Part shown: in pieces, positions 1-9,140 of the stretch
How the letters are laid out: each line of letters begins with the position of its first letter
How positions within the stretch are numbered: the stretch's first letter is position 1
IMG/VR virus record: IMGVR_UViG_3300025121_000282
Coordinates: 186,001 to 250,000 of that record
Length of the DNA: 64,000 nucleotides
Strand: one strand, 5' to 3'
Program-made: the position numbers and the translations under genes
Notes under the pieces: generated by a model
The model's input: only the letters and a program-made list of their open reading frames with translations
Databases searched by the model: none
What the model was told of the DNA's origin: nothing

Positions 1-1
1 T

Positions 2-586
2 GTCAGCCACCACTGTCTGAGGGGGGAACAGGTTCGTATCCCTCAAGAAAAAATTGGTGACCTTCCGGACTCTGACTTCTACGAAGATGATGTCGTTGCT
101 TTTACCCGAGACCATGCTTGGCCCAAGGGCACTGAGCTTGTGGTTTGCAACATCGATTATAACAGTGACATGAGAACTGTCAGGCACTACAGTGTGGGGC
201 CCAAAGACGGTGGCACTACCTACGCCGACACGGAAGACCTGCGGCTTGTCTCGCGTGGAAACGTGTGGAAGAAGTATCACGGTCTGCCGATGACGTTTCC
301 TTTCCTCCAGGAAGAGATGGACTTTGCCCTGAGGATTGCAGCATGCGACGAGATGAAAAATCCTCGCCAGGATAACATGTACTCCTGGAATCTAGCAGAG
401 ATCATGGATGCCATCAAAGCAGGGGAGGTGGATTGTTTCACCAACGGAAGCATCATTGGGTCCCTGGCAGGTGGTAGACCCCGGCTCGTTGCCTACCGGC
501 TCCATGACCGCGACTTGGCGGAGCGGGCCCGGAAGCACATGCTTACCCGGTTTACGGATGAATTCGTGCGTAGCAGGAGCCGATAA
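2..586 (+). CDS. hypothetical protein, 5' truncated by window edge
   Basis: Frame of ORF 140..586 is open back to position 2 (VSHHCLRGEQVRIPQ...); stop overlaps next ATG. Confidence 0.75.
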   Translation, partial: VSHHCLRGEQVRIPQEKIGDLPDSDFYEDDVVAFTRDHAWPKGTELVVCNIDYNSDMRTVRHYSVGPKDGGTTYADTEDLRLVSRGNVWKKYHGLPMTFPFLQEEMDFALRIAACDEMKNPRQDNMYSWNLAEIMDAIKAGEVDCFTNGSIIGSLAGGRPRLVAYRLHDRDLAERARKHMLTRFTDEFVRSRSR

Positions 587-1158
587 TGAACGACAACAAC
601 CTTATTGCTGCCACGGTTTTGCTTGGTGGGCCTGCCGTCTCGATGGCGATGGGTTGTAAGCACCCGATGCAAACCGAGGACGGGCGTGTTTTGGTGTGTA
701 TGGCCCAGGCTGGAGAGTGTCGCCACAACTCGCGCCACTACGAATCCGGGATGAGTTCTGAGCGGGCTTGGTCGCTTCCGCAGATCGAACCCGGCTGTGA
801 CCGTAGGTGTGGGTACAGGATGGAGGTAGCCGACCCATCTGTGGACACCGTGTGGACTCGGTACCACAGGCAATACGATTTGGCCGGGTTTGAGTATTAC
901 AAACGGGCTCAGGACGCTTGCGGCTACAATATCCGTCTTCATGCTCAGCGGAAAGAGCAGGCAAAACGGGATGGGGTACCCATCGACAGTGTGCGTTTTA
1001 CGTACAGTCATGATTCACGAACCTGTCCTGAGTGTTCCAAACCCCAGGTTGTCCCTGCCAACAACTGGGTCGACACGGTTCGTGAGAAACTTAAGGCCGC
1101 GTCTCGTGTGGAAATGTCCAGGTACGGTTATAACTGTACCTACTACGACAATGAATAA
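586..1158 (+). CDS. Cys-rich hypothetical protein (possible Zn ribbon, CPEC)
   Basis: 190 aa ORF translationally coupled on both sides. Confidence 0.7.
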   Translation: MNDNNLIAATVLLGGPAVSMAMGCKHPMQTEDGRVLVCMAQAGECRHNSRHYESGMSSERAWSLPQIEPGCDRRCGYRMEVADPSVDTVWTRYHRQYDLAGFEYYKRAQDACGYNIRLHAQRKEQAKRDGVPIDSVRFTYSHDSRTCPECSKPQVVPANNWVDTVREKLKAASRVEMSRYGYNCTYYDNE

Positions 1159-1435
1159 AACTAAGCCCACCTATGGGAACCCCGAGCGGGCTTTTGAAGT
1201 GCGTGTTCTCGAATTGCACATCGAGTCACTGGAAGACCAGATAGAAGTATCCAGAGCTGGACTGGACAGCCTCAAGAAAGCGGCCGTCGTCCAGATTCTG
1301 GGTTATAACCCAGGCACAATCCGCACTTTAGGATGGAGTTGTCCGGAGTCCCCAATCGGAGAGTGCGTAGTGCCGCTTCGAGGGAGTGACAGAGGGTGCT
1401 GCCTGTTTTGTGATCTGCCTGACGAAAGAAAATAA
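1151..1435 (+). CDS. hypothetical protein with C-terminal Cys cluster
   Basis: ATG at 1151 overlaps upstream stop; in frame with ORF 890..1435. Confidence 0.65.
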   Translation: MNKTKPTYGNPERAFEVRVLELHIESLEDQIEVSRAGLDSLKKAAVVQILGYNPGTIRTLGWSCPESPIGECVVPLRGSDRGCCLFCDLPDERK

Positions 1436-1439
1436 TTTT

Positions 1440-2096
1440 TTAGTGAATGTTAATCTTGAGGGTCTTATAGCCCTGATACTCATCCTTACCTAACTCGTAC
1501 TTCCACCCCAACTTGTCCAACAACTTCTTCGCCTTTTCAAGCTGGTCGGACTTGCCAGAGATGTAGGTGGTTCCGTTTGGCTCAAGCGGACACATCTTGG
1601 GGTCTCTCGGGTCCATTTCCTTAAAGAATTCCTCAGCCTGCCTAAACTGGGTGGGGAATTTCTTCTGGGCCTCTATTCGGTCTTTCCACCCACCACTTGC
1701 TTCTTTATGCTTAACCACACCATTTTCAATCAAAAAATCTAATAGTTCGTCGATGCTCTTACTGTCAATTTTCCCAAGCTCGTGGGTGTACTCGTTCTCC
1801 CAGGCCAGTTCATCTGGGTCTGTAGACCAAGACCTGGAAATCATGTCTCTGAGTTTATCAGCCTCAGGGTTACTAGTGTGGCGGTCGATGTGGACAACAC
1901 CACCGTAATTGCTCACGTGGGTCTCGTTGTCATTTTCAACAAACTCGTGGCCCAACCACTTAGTCGCTGCTTTAATAGCGTCCTCTTTGGTCAGGTTCTT
2001 CTCTATAATGTGCTCGCCGTCTACATCTTCTACTACAACCTTGTATTTCAAAGCTGAACTTGCAGCAACAATTTTTAATTTTGAAGAAAACCTCAT
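1440..2096 (-). CDS. AT-rich, charged hypothetical protein (possible late/virion protein)
   Basis: Start MRFSSKLK at 2096 with GGGAGG RBS; upstream TATAAC. Confidence 0.8.
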   Translation of the reverse strand: MRFSSKLKIVAASSALKYKVVVEDVDGEHIIEKNLTKEDAIKAATKWLGHEFVENDNETHVSNYGGVVHIDRHTSNPEADKLRDMISRSWSTDPDELAWENEYTHELGKIDSKSIDELLDFLIENGVVKHKEASGGWKDRIEAQKKFPTQFRQAEEFFKEMDPRDPKMCPLEPNGTTYISGKSDQLEKAKKLLDKLGWKYELGKDEYQGYKTLKINIH

Positions 2097-2150
2097 CTCA
2101 ATCCTCCCGTTGTGTATTCTCTTAGTTATAAGTGTTACAGAAGTATGAGC

Positions 2151-2176
2151 GCAGTAATGGCTGCGGGCGGGGATGA
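2151..2176. repeat. hairpin element copy 1 (GCAGTAATGGCTGCGGGCGGGGATGA)
   Basis: Near-identical to 17638-17667 and 24062-24090. Confidence 0.85.
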
Positions 2177-2318
2177 ACACCCGCTCTCGTGTAAGCGCTC
2201 GTGTGCGTGCGTGTCCGAGTGGGTGTGTTCCAACCTTTACAGACTACATTGACTGACAATTCTGACTATTGAACGGGAGAGTGTGTCCACACTTACCTGA
2301 AAGAGGGGGTATAAGTTT

Positions 2319-2570
2319 ATGGCCAAACTTTACGTAGTGTCTACCTGGGGGTTCGATAACGATTCCGTTATCGAGAAAGCCCTGGAAGAACTGAACGTGG
2401 AATTCCTGAAAGTTCCACGGAAAACGGACTGGTCCGACTTCAGAGTGAACCTCGCAGGCGAACACATTGTGGCTCTCTCCGAGAGGTTTGATGTGATGAT
2501 TCACCACGTTACAGGTGACAAAAAGATGATTTTTCTGGATATTAAGGGCAGCAGATTTAAACAGAGGTAA
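2319..2570 (+). CDS. hypothetical protein
   Basis: AGAGGGGG RBS; motif at 2249. Confidence 0.7.
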   Translation: MAKLYVVSTWGFDNDSVIEKALEELNVEFLKVPRKTDWSDFRVNLAGEHIVALSERFDVMIHHVTGDKKMIFLDIKGSRFKQR

Positions 2571-2810
2571 TTAGAACTGTTGCCAAATATTCCCAGGTGC
2601 TGCTTGGGGGAGGGGTGGCGCAGAGGTTGTCCCTTTTAGAACGAAAGTGGCATCTCCTGGAATGATGCGCACGGCATCTCCGTTTGGTGCACGTTCCAGG
2701 TGGAGAACTCTGCTATCGCTCATCTCGTATTGGTCGAAGTCTACCACATCATCTGGTATGATGGGTTCGTTGCCTTCGGGTAGATATTTGATTATAACCT
2801 GTATTTTCAT
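2571..2810 (-). CDS. hypothetical protein
   Basis: 79 aa ORF; GTATAAT about 30 nt upstream. Confidence 0.6.
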   Translation of the reverse strand: MKIQVIIKYLPEGNEPIIPDDVVDFDQYEMSDSRVLHLERAPNGDAVRIIPGDATFVLKGTTSAPPLPQAAPGNIWQQF

Positions 2811-2926
2811 GTAATAATTCTACAATTTACCAAAGCACAGATTATACGCTCTCAGAGGATTGACGATGGGTGGCGAGGGGTGAAGGACCCCAGAAGAGAG
2901 AATCAATCAACTAACTGAGATGGAGA

Positions 2927-3409
2927 ATGAAAATGTCTGGTCGTCGCCCCCGAATCGTCGCTTCTTCCCTCGCCCTTCTCGCCCTTCTCGCCCCCGCGAA
3001 CGCTGCCCCTGAGGAGCAGGGGCAGGAGCCGGTCACGGATGGCCTCCCTGGACCCATCGTGACGCCCGAGCCCGAGCCGGTCCTGGAGCCCGTCTCGCCC
3101 CCCACGGCTGCTCTGCAGCAGAAGGCCCCGGCGCCCCTCTGTCTCTGCGGATGCCTCGTGCAGACCTCCTCGGTTCGTCGCCTCTTCCGCCAGGGCCACG
3201 ACGCCCGCCTCGTGGGCTTCGTCGCTCGTGGCAAGCTGGCCGATGGCTCCGAGCCGAGCCCCGAGCAGACCGCAGCGGCGAACCAGATCCGGAGTGCCAA
3301 GGCTTGGACCGCCGCCCGCCGTCTCCCGCCGGTCCTGGAGGCCGCGACCCAGGAGGAAATCTCGGCCACGGAGCAGGCGGGAGAGGCCACTGCTTCCAAC
3401 GTGGGCTGA
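2927..3409 (+). CDS. family A (CLCGC...RQGHDARLVG putative metal-binding protein), copy 1, signal-peptide-like N-terminus
   Basis: Clear paralogy with 18505..18975 and 26000..26506; promoter motif at 2860. Confidence 0.85.
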   Translation: MKMSGRRPRIVASSLALLALLAPANAAPEEQGQEPVTDGLPGPIVTPEPEPVLEPVSPPTAALQQKAPAPLCLCGCLVQTSSVRRLFRQGHDARLVGFVARGKLADGSEPSPEQTAAANQIRSAKAWTAARRLPPVLEAATQEEISATEQAGEATASNVG

Positions 3410-3439
3410 TTGACCTGTGTCCCCACCGGGTGAAGAATT

Positions 3440-3555
3440 GCAAGACCCGGCTGGAAGTCCTAACTGCAGCGGCCCCTCCCTGTTCATCCTCCCTGTTCAC
3501 AGTGAGGCCCAACATGGACCATCCAATGCTTCGGGGATTCTCAGTCGGGTCTTGT
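3440..3555 (+). ncRNA. candidate sRNA with tandem anti-SD-like CCUCCCUGUUCA seeds
   Basis: Between motifs at 3410 and 3566, no ORF; 14-bp closing stem 3440-3453/3542-3555 with two G-U pairs. Confidence 0.65.
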
Positions 3556-3636
3556 TGTATCTGGGTTGACCCGGTTTGTTTCCATGTGAAGAATTATAAG
3601 GAGGAACTATAAAATGGCCCCAGTTCACCCTGCGAT

Positions 3637-3915
3637 CCAGTACCTCAAAGACTTGAGGCTCTGAGTTGGACTTCACCCGTGCCTCGGTGTGGGTTGACCC
3701 CGACTACTGTCCGCCGAATGATGACAAGACCTTCCGGGTGGACCTCCCCAACAAAGACGTGTTTGTCATCGTTTACCTGCCCGGTGCTGTAGGCCTGAAC
3801 GGCTCGGAAGTGGGCGGGGAATACGGAGATTACGAGGAGTTCGAAAAATGAGCCTCCCCCACAACGACCCCCAAGTTCTCGGCTATTACCACCAGTACCT
3901 CAAAGACTTGAGGCT
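3637..3915 (+). repeat. 24-bp exact direct repeat CCAGTACCTCAAAGACTTGAGGCT (3637-3660, 3892-3915)
   Basis: Read directly; encodes QYLKDLRL in a 16-codon stub (3614-3664) and in ORF 3848. Confidence 0.9.
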
Positions 3916-4090
3916 GGTTCTGGGTGACCTTGAGTTTTCTCCCAACCTTAACGTGGAGAAAATCATCTGGAAGGGTGCGGAAATCGCAGCCTTGGCGGGG
4001 TACAGCGGGGCATCCAACGATGGTGGTGGTTGGAAACACGTTCTGGAGGGGACCCTGAACTTGTTGTACCGGAGATCAATCGTGGGTTGA
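3848..4090 (+). CDS. hypothetical protein
   Basis: Stop is the TGA of a TTGAC half-motif at 4087. Confidence 0.7.
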   Translation: MSLPHNDPQVLGYYHQYLKDLRLVLGDLEFSPNLNVEKIIWKGAEIAALAGYSGASNDGGGWKHVLEGTLNLLYRRSIVG

Positions 4091-4126
4091 CCACAATCCA
4101 CCAGATAACAAATAGGGGTTTTAGTC

Positions 4127-4381
4127 ATGATATCAGTCTCCGCTGATACAGACCCAGATTTCCTTGCGGCAGTAAACCAGATGGTCGCACAAAACATCGC
4201 CGGTCGGGGGGCGCCTGACCGGGTAAAAATAACCATTCAGAACACTAGCGTTTACTTTCAGGGTCCGGTGAGTTTCCTCGATAGTACCGACCTGGAGCGA
4301 CTTTGCGGATGGCCGGTCCGAGTGTGGTACCACGACCTCACTTCGTTTTTGGTTTGTTACCAGAAGCCAAACCGGGATTGA
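4127..4381 (+). CDS. hypothetical protein
   Basis: Stop inside TTGAC at 4378. Confidence 0.7.
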   Translation: MISVSADTDPDFLAAVNQMVAQNIAGRGAPDRVKITIQNTSVYFQGPVSFLDSTDLERLCGWPVRVWYHDLTSFLVCYQKPNRD

Positions 4382-4440
4382 CCACAACACTCTCCAGACG
4401 AAGAGTACCAGACAGAAACCATTATAGGGAGTATTTCAAC

Positions 4441-4650
4441 TTGATTCACCTTTTCTTTCTCGCCATGGCCTCCAGCCTTTCTCCCAACGCCTCCAGCCTC
4501 GACCTGAGTAACATCCCCCACGAGTTTGGGGACACCCGCTACGACGGCAAATGTTGGGAGACGCCCGTCCACCTTATGGACCGTGGTCGCACGATCATTA
4601 TCCGGAAGTGTGAGGGGTGGAAGAACGCAGTGGTCATCCAGTCGAACTGA
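4441..4650 (+). CDS. hypothetical protein (start TTG 4441 or ATG 4465)
   Basis: GGGAG RBS after motif at 4378. Confidence 0.55.
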   Translation: MIHLFFLAMASSLSPNASSLDLSNIPHEFGDTRYDGKCWETPVHLMDRGRTIIIRKCEGWKNAVVIQSN

Positions 4651-4678
4651 TTACAACACCATTCAGGAGGACTCTAAA

Positions 4679-4960
4679 ATGTGGCATCCCATTCAGTGCG
4701 GGCGGCCTCGCCATGAGGCTGACCACCCGTTCACGCTATTCGGTGAACTTGTCAAGTACGGAGACACACTGGAGTTCCTCCTACCTGACGGCCATGTCCA
4801 CCCCCCGGTCATGGTTCATGGGGGAAGTGAAAACATCATGGGCGGCACGACGGAGGTGTATGTCTACCTGACTCTGCACGGTCTGTCTGTCAGATATGGG
4901 TTTGGTGCTCTCGCCCAATGCATGGTGAGTGCACGTAAAGCCACCCCGACTCCCGGTTGA
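4679..4960 (+). CDS. hypothetical protein
   Basis: AGGAGG RBS; stop inside TTGAC at 4957. Confidence 0.75.
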   Translation: MWHPIQCGRPRHEADHPFTLFGELVKYGDTLEFLLPDGHVHPPVMVHGGSENIMGGTTEVYVYLTLHGLSVRYGFGALAQCMVSARKATPTPG

Positions 4961-5014
4961 CTGTAGTCCGTTTCCATGTGAAAACCAAAGAATCCTAACA
5001 GGGGGACTAAGACA

Positions 5015-5248
5015 ATGAGCGAACACATGATCAGCGTCGACATCTACGTGGACCGCAACAGCCATCCTCACAAACCCGACTATCAGTACCACGTTTCGGC
5101 GCACCTCGCTGGAATTCCCCCGTTGGGATACCGAATTGTAGTCCCAGAGGACAACAACGGAGGAACAACTTACAAGTCCTACGTGGTGGTCGAGGGCTCA
5201 ATGCGGACACACGAACCCGTTGTGATTCTGTACTGCCGGGCGGTGTAA
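5015..5248 (+). CDS. hypothetical protein
   Basis: Motif at 4957, GGGGG RBS. Confidence 0.7.
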   Translation: MSEHMISVDIYVDRNSHPHKPDYQYHVSAHLAGIPPLGYRIVVPEDNNGGTTYKSYVVVEGSMRTHEPVVILYCRAV

Positions 5249-5297
5249 GGCAACCCTGGATTGACCGGGACCGAGACAAGACGAAGAATCCCAGAGA

Positions 5298-5385
5298 GCG
5301 AGAGTGGCGAAAAACAGGAAGACGCCCTAGCTTCAGGTGCTAGGGGCTGCAAGGCACTCAGGTTCGAATCCTGACTCTCGTACCA
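5298..5385 (+). tRNA. trnL: tRNA-Leu (CAG)
   Basis: Acceptor GCGAGAG/CTCTCGT+ACCA, anticodon arm CTAGC-TTCAGGT-GCTAG, long variable arm, T arm TCAGG-TTCGAAT-CCTGA; own motif at 5261. Confidence 0.93.
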
Positions 5386-5626
5386 CGGTCCAACAAAGGA
5401 GCACTGTTTAAAAATGACCAAATATAATCTTCTGTTCTACGATTTAATCGACCCGTGCCCGTAGCATCCCTGCCCGCTTCGACTTTTCTAGGGTACATGT
5501 ACGGTGACACGGGAAGGTTCCAATCCCTTTTTGAGTTGTCTAAACCAGTTTAAAGTATGGGTAACAATAAAATGATTCGAGCACCGCCCCGCTGAGGTTA
5601 TGTTAGTTTTTGATAAAAGAAACCAA

Positions 5627-5707
5627 ATGCCCAGACTGGATGACACCGAAACCAAGGTGCTCCTGTTCTGGGCATTGGCGTATTTAGAATACGAAAACCA
5701 TAATTGA
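5627..5707 (+). CDS. 26-aa micro-ORF (MPRLDDTETKVLLFWALAYLEYENHN)
   Basis: Stop inside TTGAC at 5704; weak RBS. Confidence 0.35.
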   Translation: MPRLDDTETKVLLFWALAYLEYENHN

Positions 5708-5751
5708 CTATAATATGTCTCCATGTGAAGAGTCTCATAAGGAGAAACCAA

Positions 5752-6096
5752 ATGACAGACCCTGTACGGTTCCACATTGATGCCATCCCCAGAGATTTCG
5801 CGCCCACAACCGAAACGGTCATCCTGTTTGACGATGTGGCGGAGCTTCACATTGATGTCAGGGACCCGGGGGAACTGTGGAAGGTCTGGTTCAAGGACGA
5901 CACTGATTACCCATACCCCACAGAGCGGATGAGTTACGACCACAGCAACCAAACCTGGACGTGGTGTTTCTACGATTACAACGTCCAGGTTCCATGTGAG
6001 ACTTTCGGAATTTGCGCACAGACCGCCTGGATGACCTACATGTACCTGAGCATCCAGTACAGGAAGGGACGTGAGGGAGTCAAAGCCAAGGATTGA
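5752..6096 (+). CDS. hypothetical protein
   Basis: AAGGAG RBS; stop inside TTGAC at 6093. Confidence 0.8.
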   Translation: MTDPVRFHIDAIPRDFAPTTETVILFDDVAELHIDVRDPGELWKVWFKDDTDYPYPTERMSYDHSNQTWTWCFYDYNVQVPCETFGICAQTAWMTYMYLSIQYRKGREGVKAKD

Positions 6097-6140
6097 CTGC
6101 AATCCGACTCCATGTGAAGAGCAGTAAGGGAGACGCCAAG

Positions 6141-6455
6141 ATGGTTATCAAACCTGGGACCAAATCCACTACCTTGGGAACGGGTTTGACTTTCAAGGTC
6201 CGAGACCACCGTGGGACATACGGATTTCCCGGCGACCAGTGTGGGTTTGTGTTCAGGTATGACTACCCTGTCCCCGATACTTCCAGGATGGAAGTCTACA
6301 CAATTCAGGCTGATATCGATCGGGATTGGCATGTGAGTTACACTTCCTGGGTTGGACCCAAAGAAGTTATTTGCGGACCCCATAATGAGTCCTACTGGTC
6401 CACAAACGAAGCGGCTGCCCAAGCCCTTGAGTGGTATTTGAAGAGTAGAGGTTGA
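6141..6455 (+). CDS. family C hypothetical (TTLG...FPGDQ...GPKE), paralog of 10975..11286
   Basis: Alignable end to end; stop inside TTGAC at 6452. Confidence 0.85.
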   Translation: MVIKPGTKSTTLGTGLTFKVRDHRGTYGFPGDQCGFVFRYDYPVPDTSRMEVYTIQADIDRDWHVSYTSWVGPKEVICGPHNESYWSTNEAAAQALEWYLKSRG

Positions 6456-6466
6456 CCGCAGTCAAG

Positions 6467-6712
6467 TCATCGAGGTGGTAGAATGCCCTCGTGCTTGATT
6501 CTTTTCTTATTCACTTCTACTATCAAGTCATAATCCGCCCGCAACTTTTCCCGCAGTTCTTCGCTGACTCCCGCAAAACCAAGCCCCGTTTTCTTTATTT
6601 CTGCCATGGTGACGCTGTAGGCATCGTTGGCCTTTTGGCACTGGTCCAACAGGTCTACCATGACGGGGTCGATTTGGGCTATTCGTCTCAGTTGTTTTGC
6701 GAGAGTTATCAT
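6467..6712 (-). CDS. hypothetical helical protein (MITLAKQLRRIA)
   Basis: 81 aa ORF on the opposite strand, inserted between cassettes. Confidence 0.7.
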   Translation of the reverse strand: MITLAKQLRRIAQIDPVMVDLLDQCQKANDAYSVTMAEIKKTGLGFAGVSEELREKLRADYDLIVEVNKKRIKHEGILPPR

Positions 6713-6810
6713 TTTTGGCTCTTACATGTGTAGTATCCTGGTGGAATAAAAACACAATTGACCATAGTATGTTCCGGTATGAAGATCTGTATAGGAGGAA
6801 CCAATTAAAA

Positions 6811-7068
6811 ATGAGCGATTCCGACACCTACTACTACGTTTCCATCGTCTACTACGGTCACAAGGTCTTCAAGTGCCACGGAATGTGCCCCGACGAGGCG
6901 CATAAAGAGGTCTACCTCCCGCTCTTCGAACAGTATGGAAACAGTCTTCCGTGGCACCAGTGTGGGGATGCGCCCACCGAACGGTACAAGGTGGTCATGA
7001 TGCCCTACGTGGCCGACCGCATCACCCAGAACGAAAATGGGGAGTGGGTTGCTTTCACCGGAACCTGA
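6811..7068 (+). CDS. hypothetical protein
   Basis: AGGAGG RBS; motif at 6758. Confidence 0.8.
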   Translation: MSDSDTYYYVSIVYYGHKVFKCHGMCPDEAHKEVYLPLFEQYGNSLPWHQCGDAPTERYKVVMMPYVADRITQNENGEWVAFTGT

Positions 7069-7120
7069 ATTAACTTGCCTGTTCTTCGGGTGAAAGACCA
7101 CAGAAAGGAGTTGTAACCAA

Positions 7121-7273
7121 ATGCTCGAACAAATCATTCACTCATTTCAACACCTTCACATTCACAATGACCACGGGGAACTCACTGCCCTGGTCGGCCT
7201 GAGTGCCACCTTCGGCATTTCAATCCGCCTGTACTGGAGCCGGATTTGTGCTTTCTTCAAGAAGGGGTGCTGA
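7121..7273 (+). CDS. 50-aa small protein
   Basis: AAGGAG RBS after TTAAC motif at 7070; below ORF-track cutoff. Confidence 0.55.
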   Translation: MLEQIIHSFQHLHIHNDHGELTALVGLSATFGISIRLYWSRICAFFKKGC

Positions 7274-7509
7274 TTATAATGAACATCTACAAAAAACCTT
7301 CCTGATGAATGACCCCATTTTCGGCCAAACCATGGGCTTCAGTGCCATCTGGTTCACTTTCAGCCGAGGCCTTGAGTATTACAGCGGCGGCCTTTTCCCG
7401 GGTCCACCAACGTGTGGACCCGGTTCAGTTTCCGCATCCCGTTCGGGCTTCTGACCATCCTCTCGTACATCACGGTTTATTCCACGTACCTCGCCGTTCG
7501 GAGTTGAAA

Positions 7510-7815
7510 ATGGCTGACCGATTCATCAACAATGGTTGTCATGCGTGGTTTAGCTATAAGCAGGCAGAGGTGGCTGGGTATCGGGTCCATCAACGACCGG
7601 ATGGGACGACTTATCAGGTGACTACAATCAGTGACACCACAGACCACGGGTGTGGTTGGGATGACATGAAGTACCTCGGTGTCATCGGTCCGGATGATAC
7701 CTCTCTGGGCCAGTACGAGGCCACGGACCCCCTGCAGGCTATGCTCAATCGAGCCGCTGACGAGGCATGGAACGATGCCGCCCTCAACTACTACGAAGAA
7801 ATGGGGTGGGATTGA
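7510..7815 (+). CDS. family B hypothetical (HAWFS...RPDGTTY...HGCGWDDM), copy 1
   Basis: Paralogs at 13446 and 16245; stop inside TTGAC at 7812. Confidence 0.85.
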   Translation: MADRFINNGCHAWFSYKQAEVAGYRVHQRPDGTTYQVTTISDTTDHGCGWDDMKYLGVIGPDDTSLGQYEATDPLQAMLNRAADEAWNDAALNYYEEMGWD

Positions 7816-7869
7816 CCTATTCGGTGCCTGTGTGAATGGACATGGTTGGCCACAAAGGAGCCCACTAAA

Positions 7870-8190
7870 ATGAAAGCCAAGGTCTCGTGTGAACTGTGTC
7901 CGAACGAGGAGGGTGTTTCCACCATGTACCTCGTTTTTGAGGCACCCTACCATTCTCCCAGCGGGGTTGAAGGAGTCTTTATCAACGAGGAATGCGGGGA
8001 TTGGGTCTCTATCTCCACCCTCGACGACGAGACCTTCACGTTTGCAGACGAAGTGAGTGGAAAAACCGCCACCTTCACCGAAAGAGAGTTGACTGCTCTC
8101 GTCTGCGAGGCCATGAAATCTCAGTATGGCTGGTCTTGGACTGGTCCCGTGATGTTTGTGGCAAAGGTCATGTACAAACACAAAGTCTGA
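7870..8190 (+). CDS. hypothetical protein (CELC)
   Basis: AAGGAG RBS; motif at 7812. Confidence 0.75.
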   Translation: MKAKVSCELCPNEEGVSTMYLVFEAPYHSPSGVEGVFINEECGDWVSISTLDDETFTFADEVSGKTATFTERELTALVCEAMKSQYGWSWTGPVMFVAKVMYKHKV

Positions 8191-8273
8191 CACCTTTTAG
8201 TCCTGACGGTTGACCGATCGTAGCCTCAGGTGAAGAATTATAGACACCAATCGACTGCAACAAGGAAAATTGA

Positions 8274-8615
8274 ATGAAAGCCATCTGGAAAGCCAATCGG
8301 GTCGATTTCCGCCCGTCCAACGTGGACCCCAACAATCTGGGCGCGAGTCACTGGCAGAATGCTGAGACGGAGACTACGGTTTTCTGGATCGTGGCCTTTC
8401 TGGTGGCCACGGGTGACACGTGGCGATCGTTTCCGCGTTCGGAACTGAATGCCTGGGCCTTTGAACATGGGCACCGTCCGGCTGGAATCCATTTCAACAA
8501 ACTCTCGGTGTACGACGACAATGACTCGCGCTCCGAGTATGCCGACCTGATTACCGAGCCGTTGGGGGACAACGACATCCGTATGGTGCCGACGACCCGT
8601 TTTCTTTCTAGGTGA
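8274..8615 (+). CDS. hypothetical protein
   Basis: Motif at 8210; stop is the TGA of the next GTGAA. Confidence 0.75.
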   Translation: MKAIWKANRVDFRPSNVDPNNLGASHWQNAETETTVFWIVAFLVATGDTWRSFPRSELNAWAFEHGHRPAGIHFNKLSVYDDNDSRSEYADLITEPLGDNDIRMVPTTRFLSR

Positions 8616-8669
8616 ACAATCTTACGAGACAATCAACCAATCAATTATTATAAAAGGACACCAATTATA

Positions 8670-9098
8670 ATGAAAATCTGGCTCAGCTATTCCACCCTCT
8701 GTCACTCCCTCGAAGCGGCGATCACCGACCCCAAGGTCGTTCTCCCCGAGCCGGGTGACTGTTTCTTCTTCGGGTGTCACGAGATTGTGGTTGGGTCCTG
8801 CCCCTACGCCGGGCACACAGGCCGCGAGTGGCCGCCTGGGGTCCTGTTTGCGGCACAGAAGCTGTTCATTACGGCCAAAAGCGTGAGACGTGCTCTCTGT
8901 TGTGGCGATCTTCGAGATGAGGGCAAAGATCTATGGGAAGAACTGGCAAAACTTACGGGGGCCCGCGACCGGTTCATGAGTGAGTTGGACCGGATTTTTG
9001 AGGATCGGTGCCGCGGGCAGGATTACTGTTATCCCACTGCGGTGGAAGTCCTGGAAAAGATGGGCATTGTGGGTGTGAGTCACACGACCCGCACTTGA
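8670..9098 (+). CDS. hypothetical protein
   Basis: Stop inside TTGAC at 9095. Confidence 0.75.
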   Translation: MKIWLSYSTLCHSLEAAITDPKVVLPEPGDCFFFGCHEIVVGSCPYAGHTGREWPPGVLFAAQKLFITAKSVRRALCCGDLRDEGKDLWEELAKLTGARDRFMSELDRIFEDRCRGQDYCYPTAVEVLEKMGIVGVSHTTRT

Positions 9099-9140
9099 CT
9101 AGTGCCATTGCCTGCTGAATGTACCCTAGGAGAATCAATC

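Noticed and set aside
2903-3612. Overlapping long ORFs in other frames and strands over family A genes (also 18382-19059 and 25929-27040)
   Set aside because: Shadow ORFs of very GC-rich coding sequence: Arg/Pro/Gly-rich, with no RBS or promoter support.
5488-6422. Minus-strand ORFs 5488..6102 and 6036..6422
   Set aside because: They overlap promoter- and RBS-supported + genes, one of which has a paralog.
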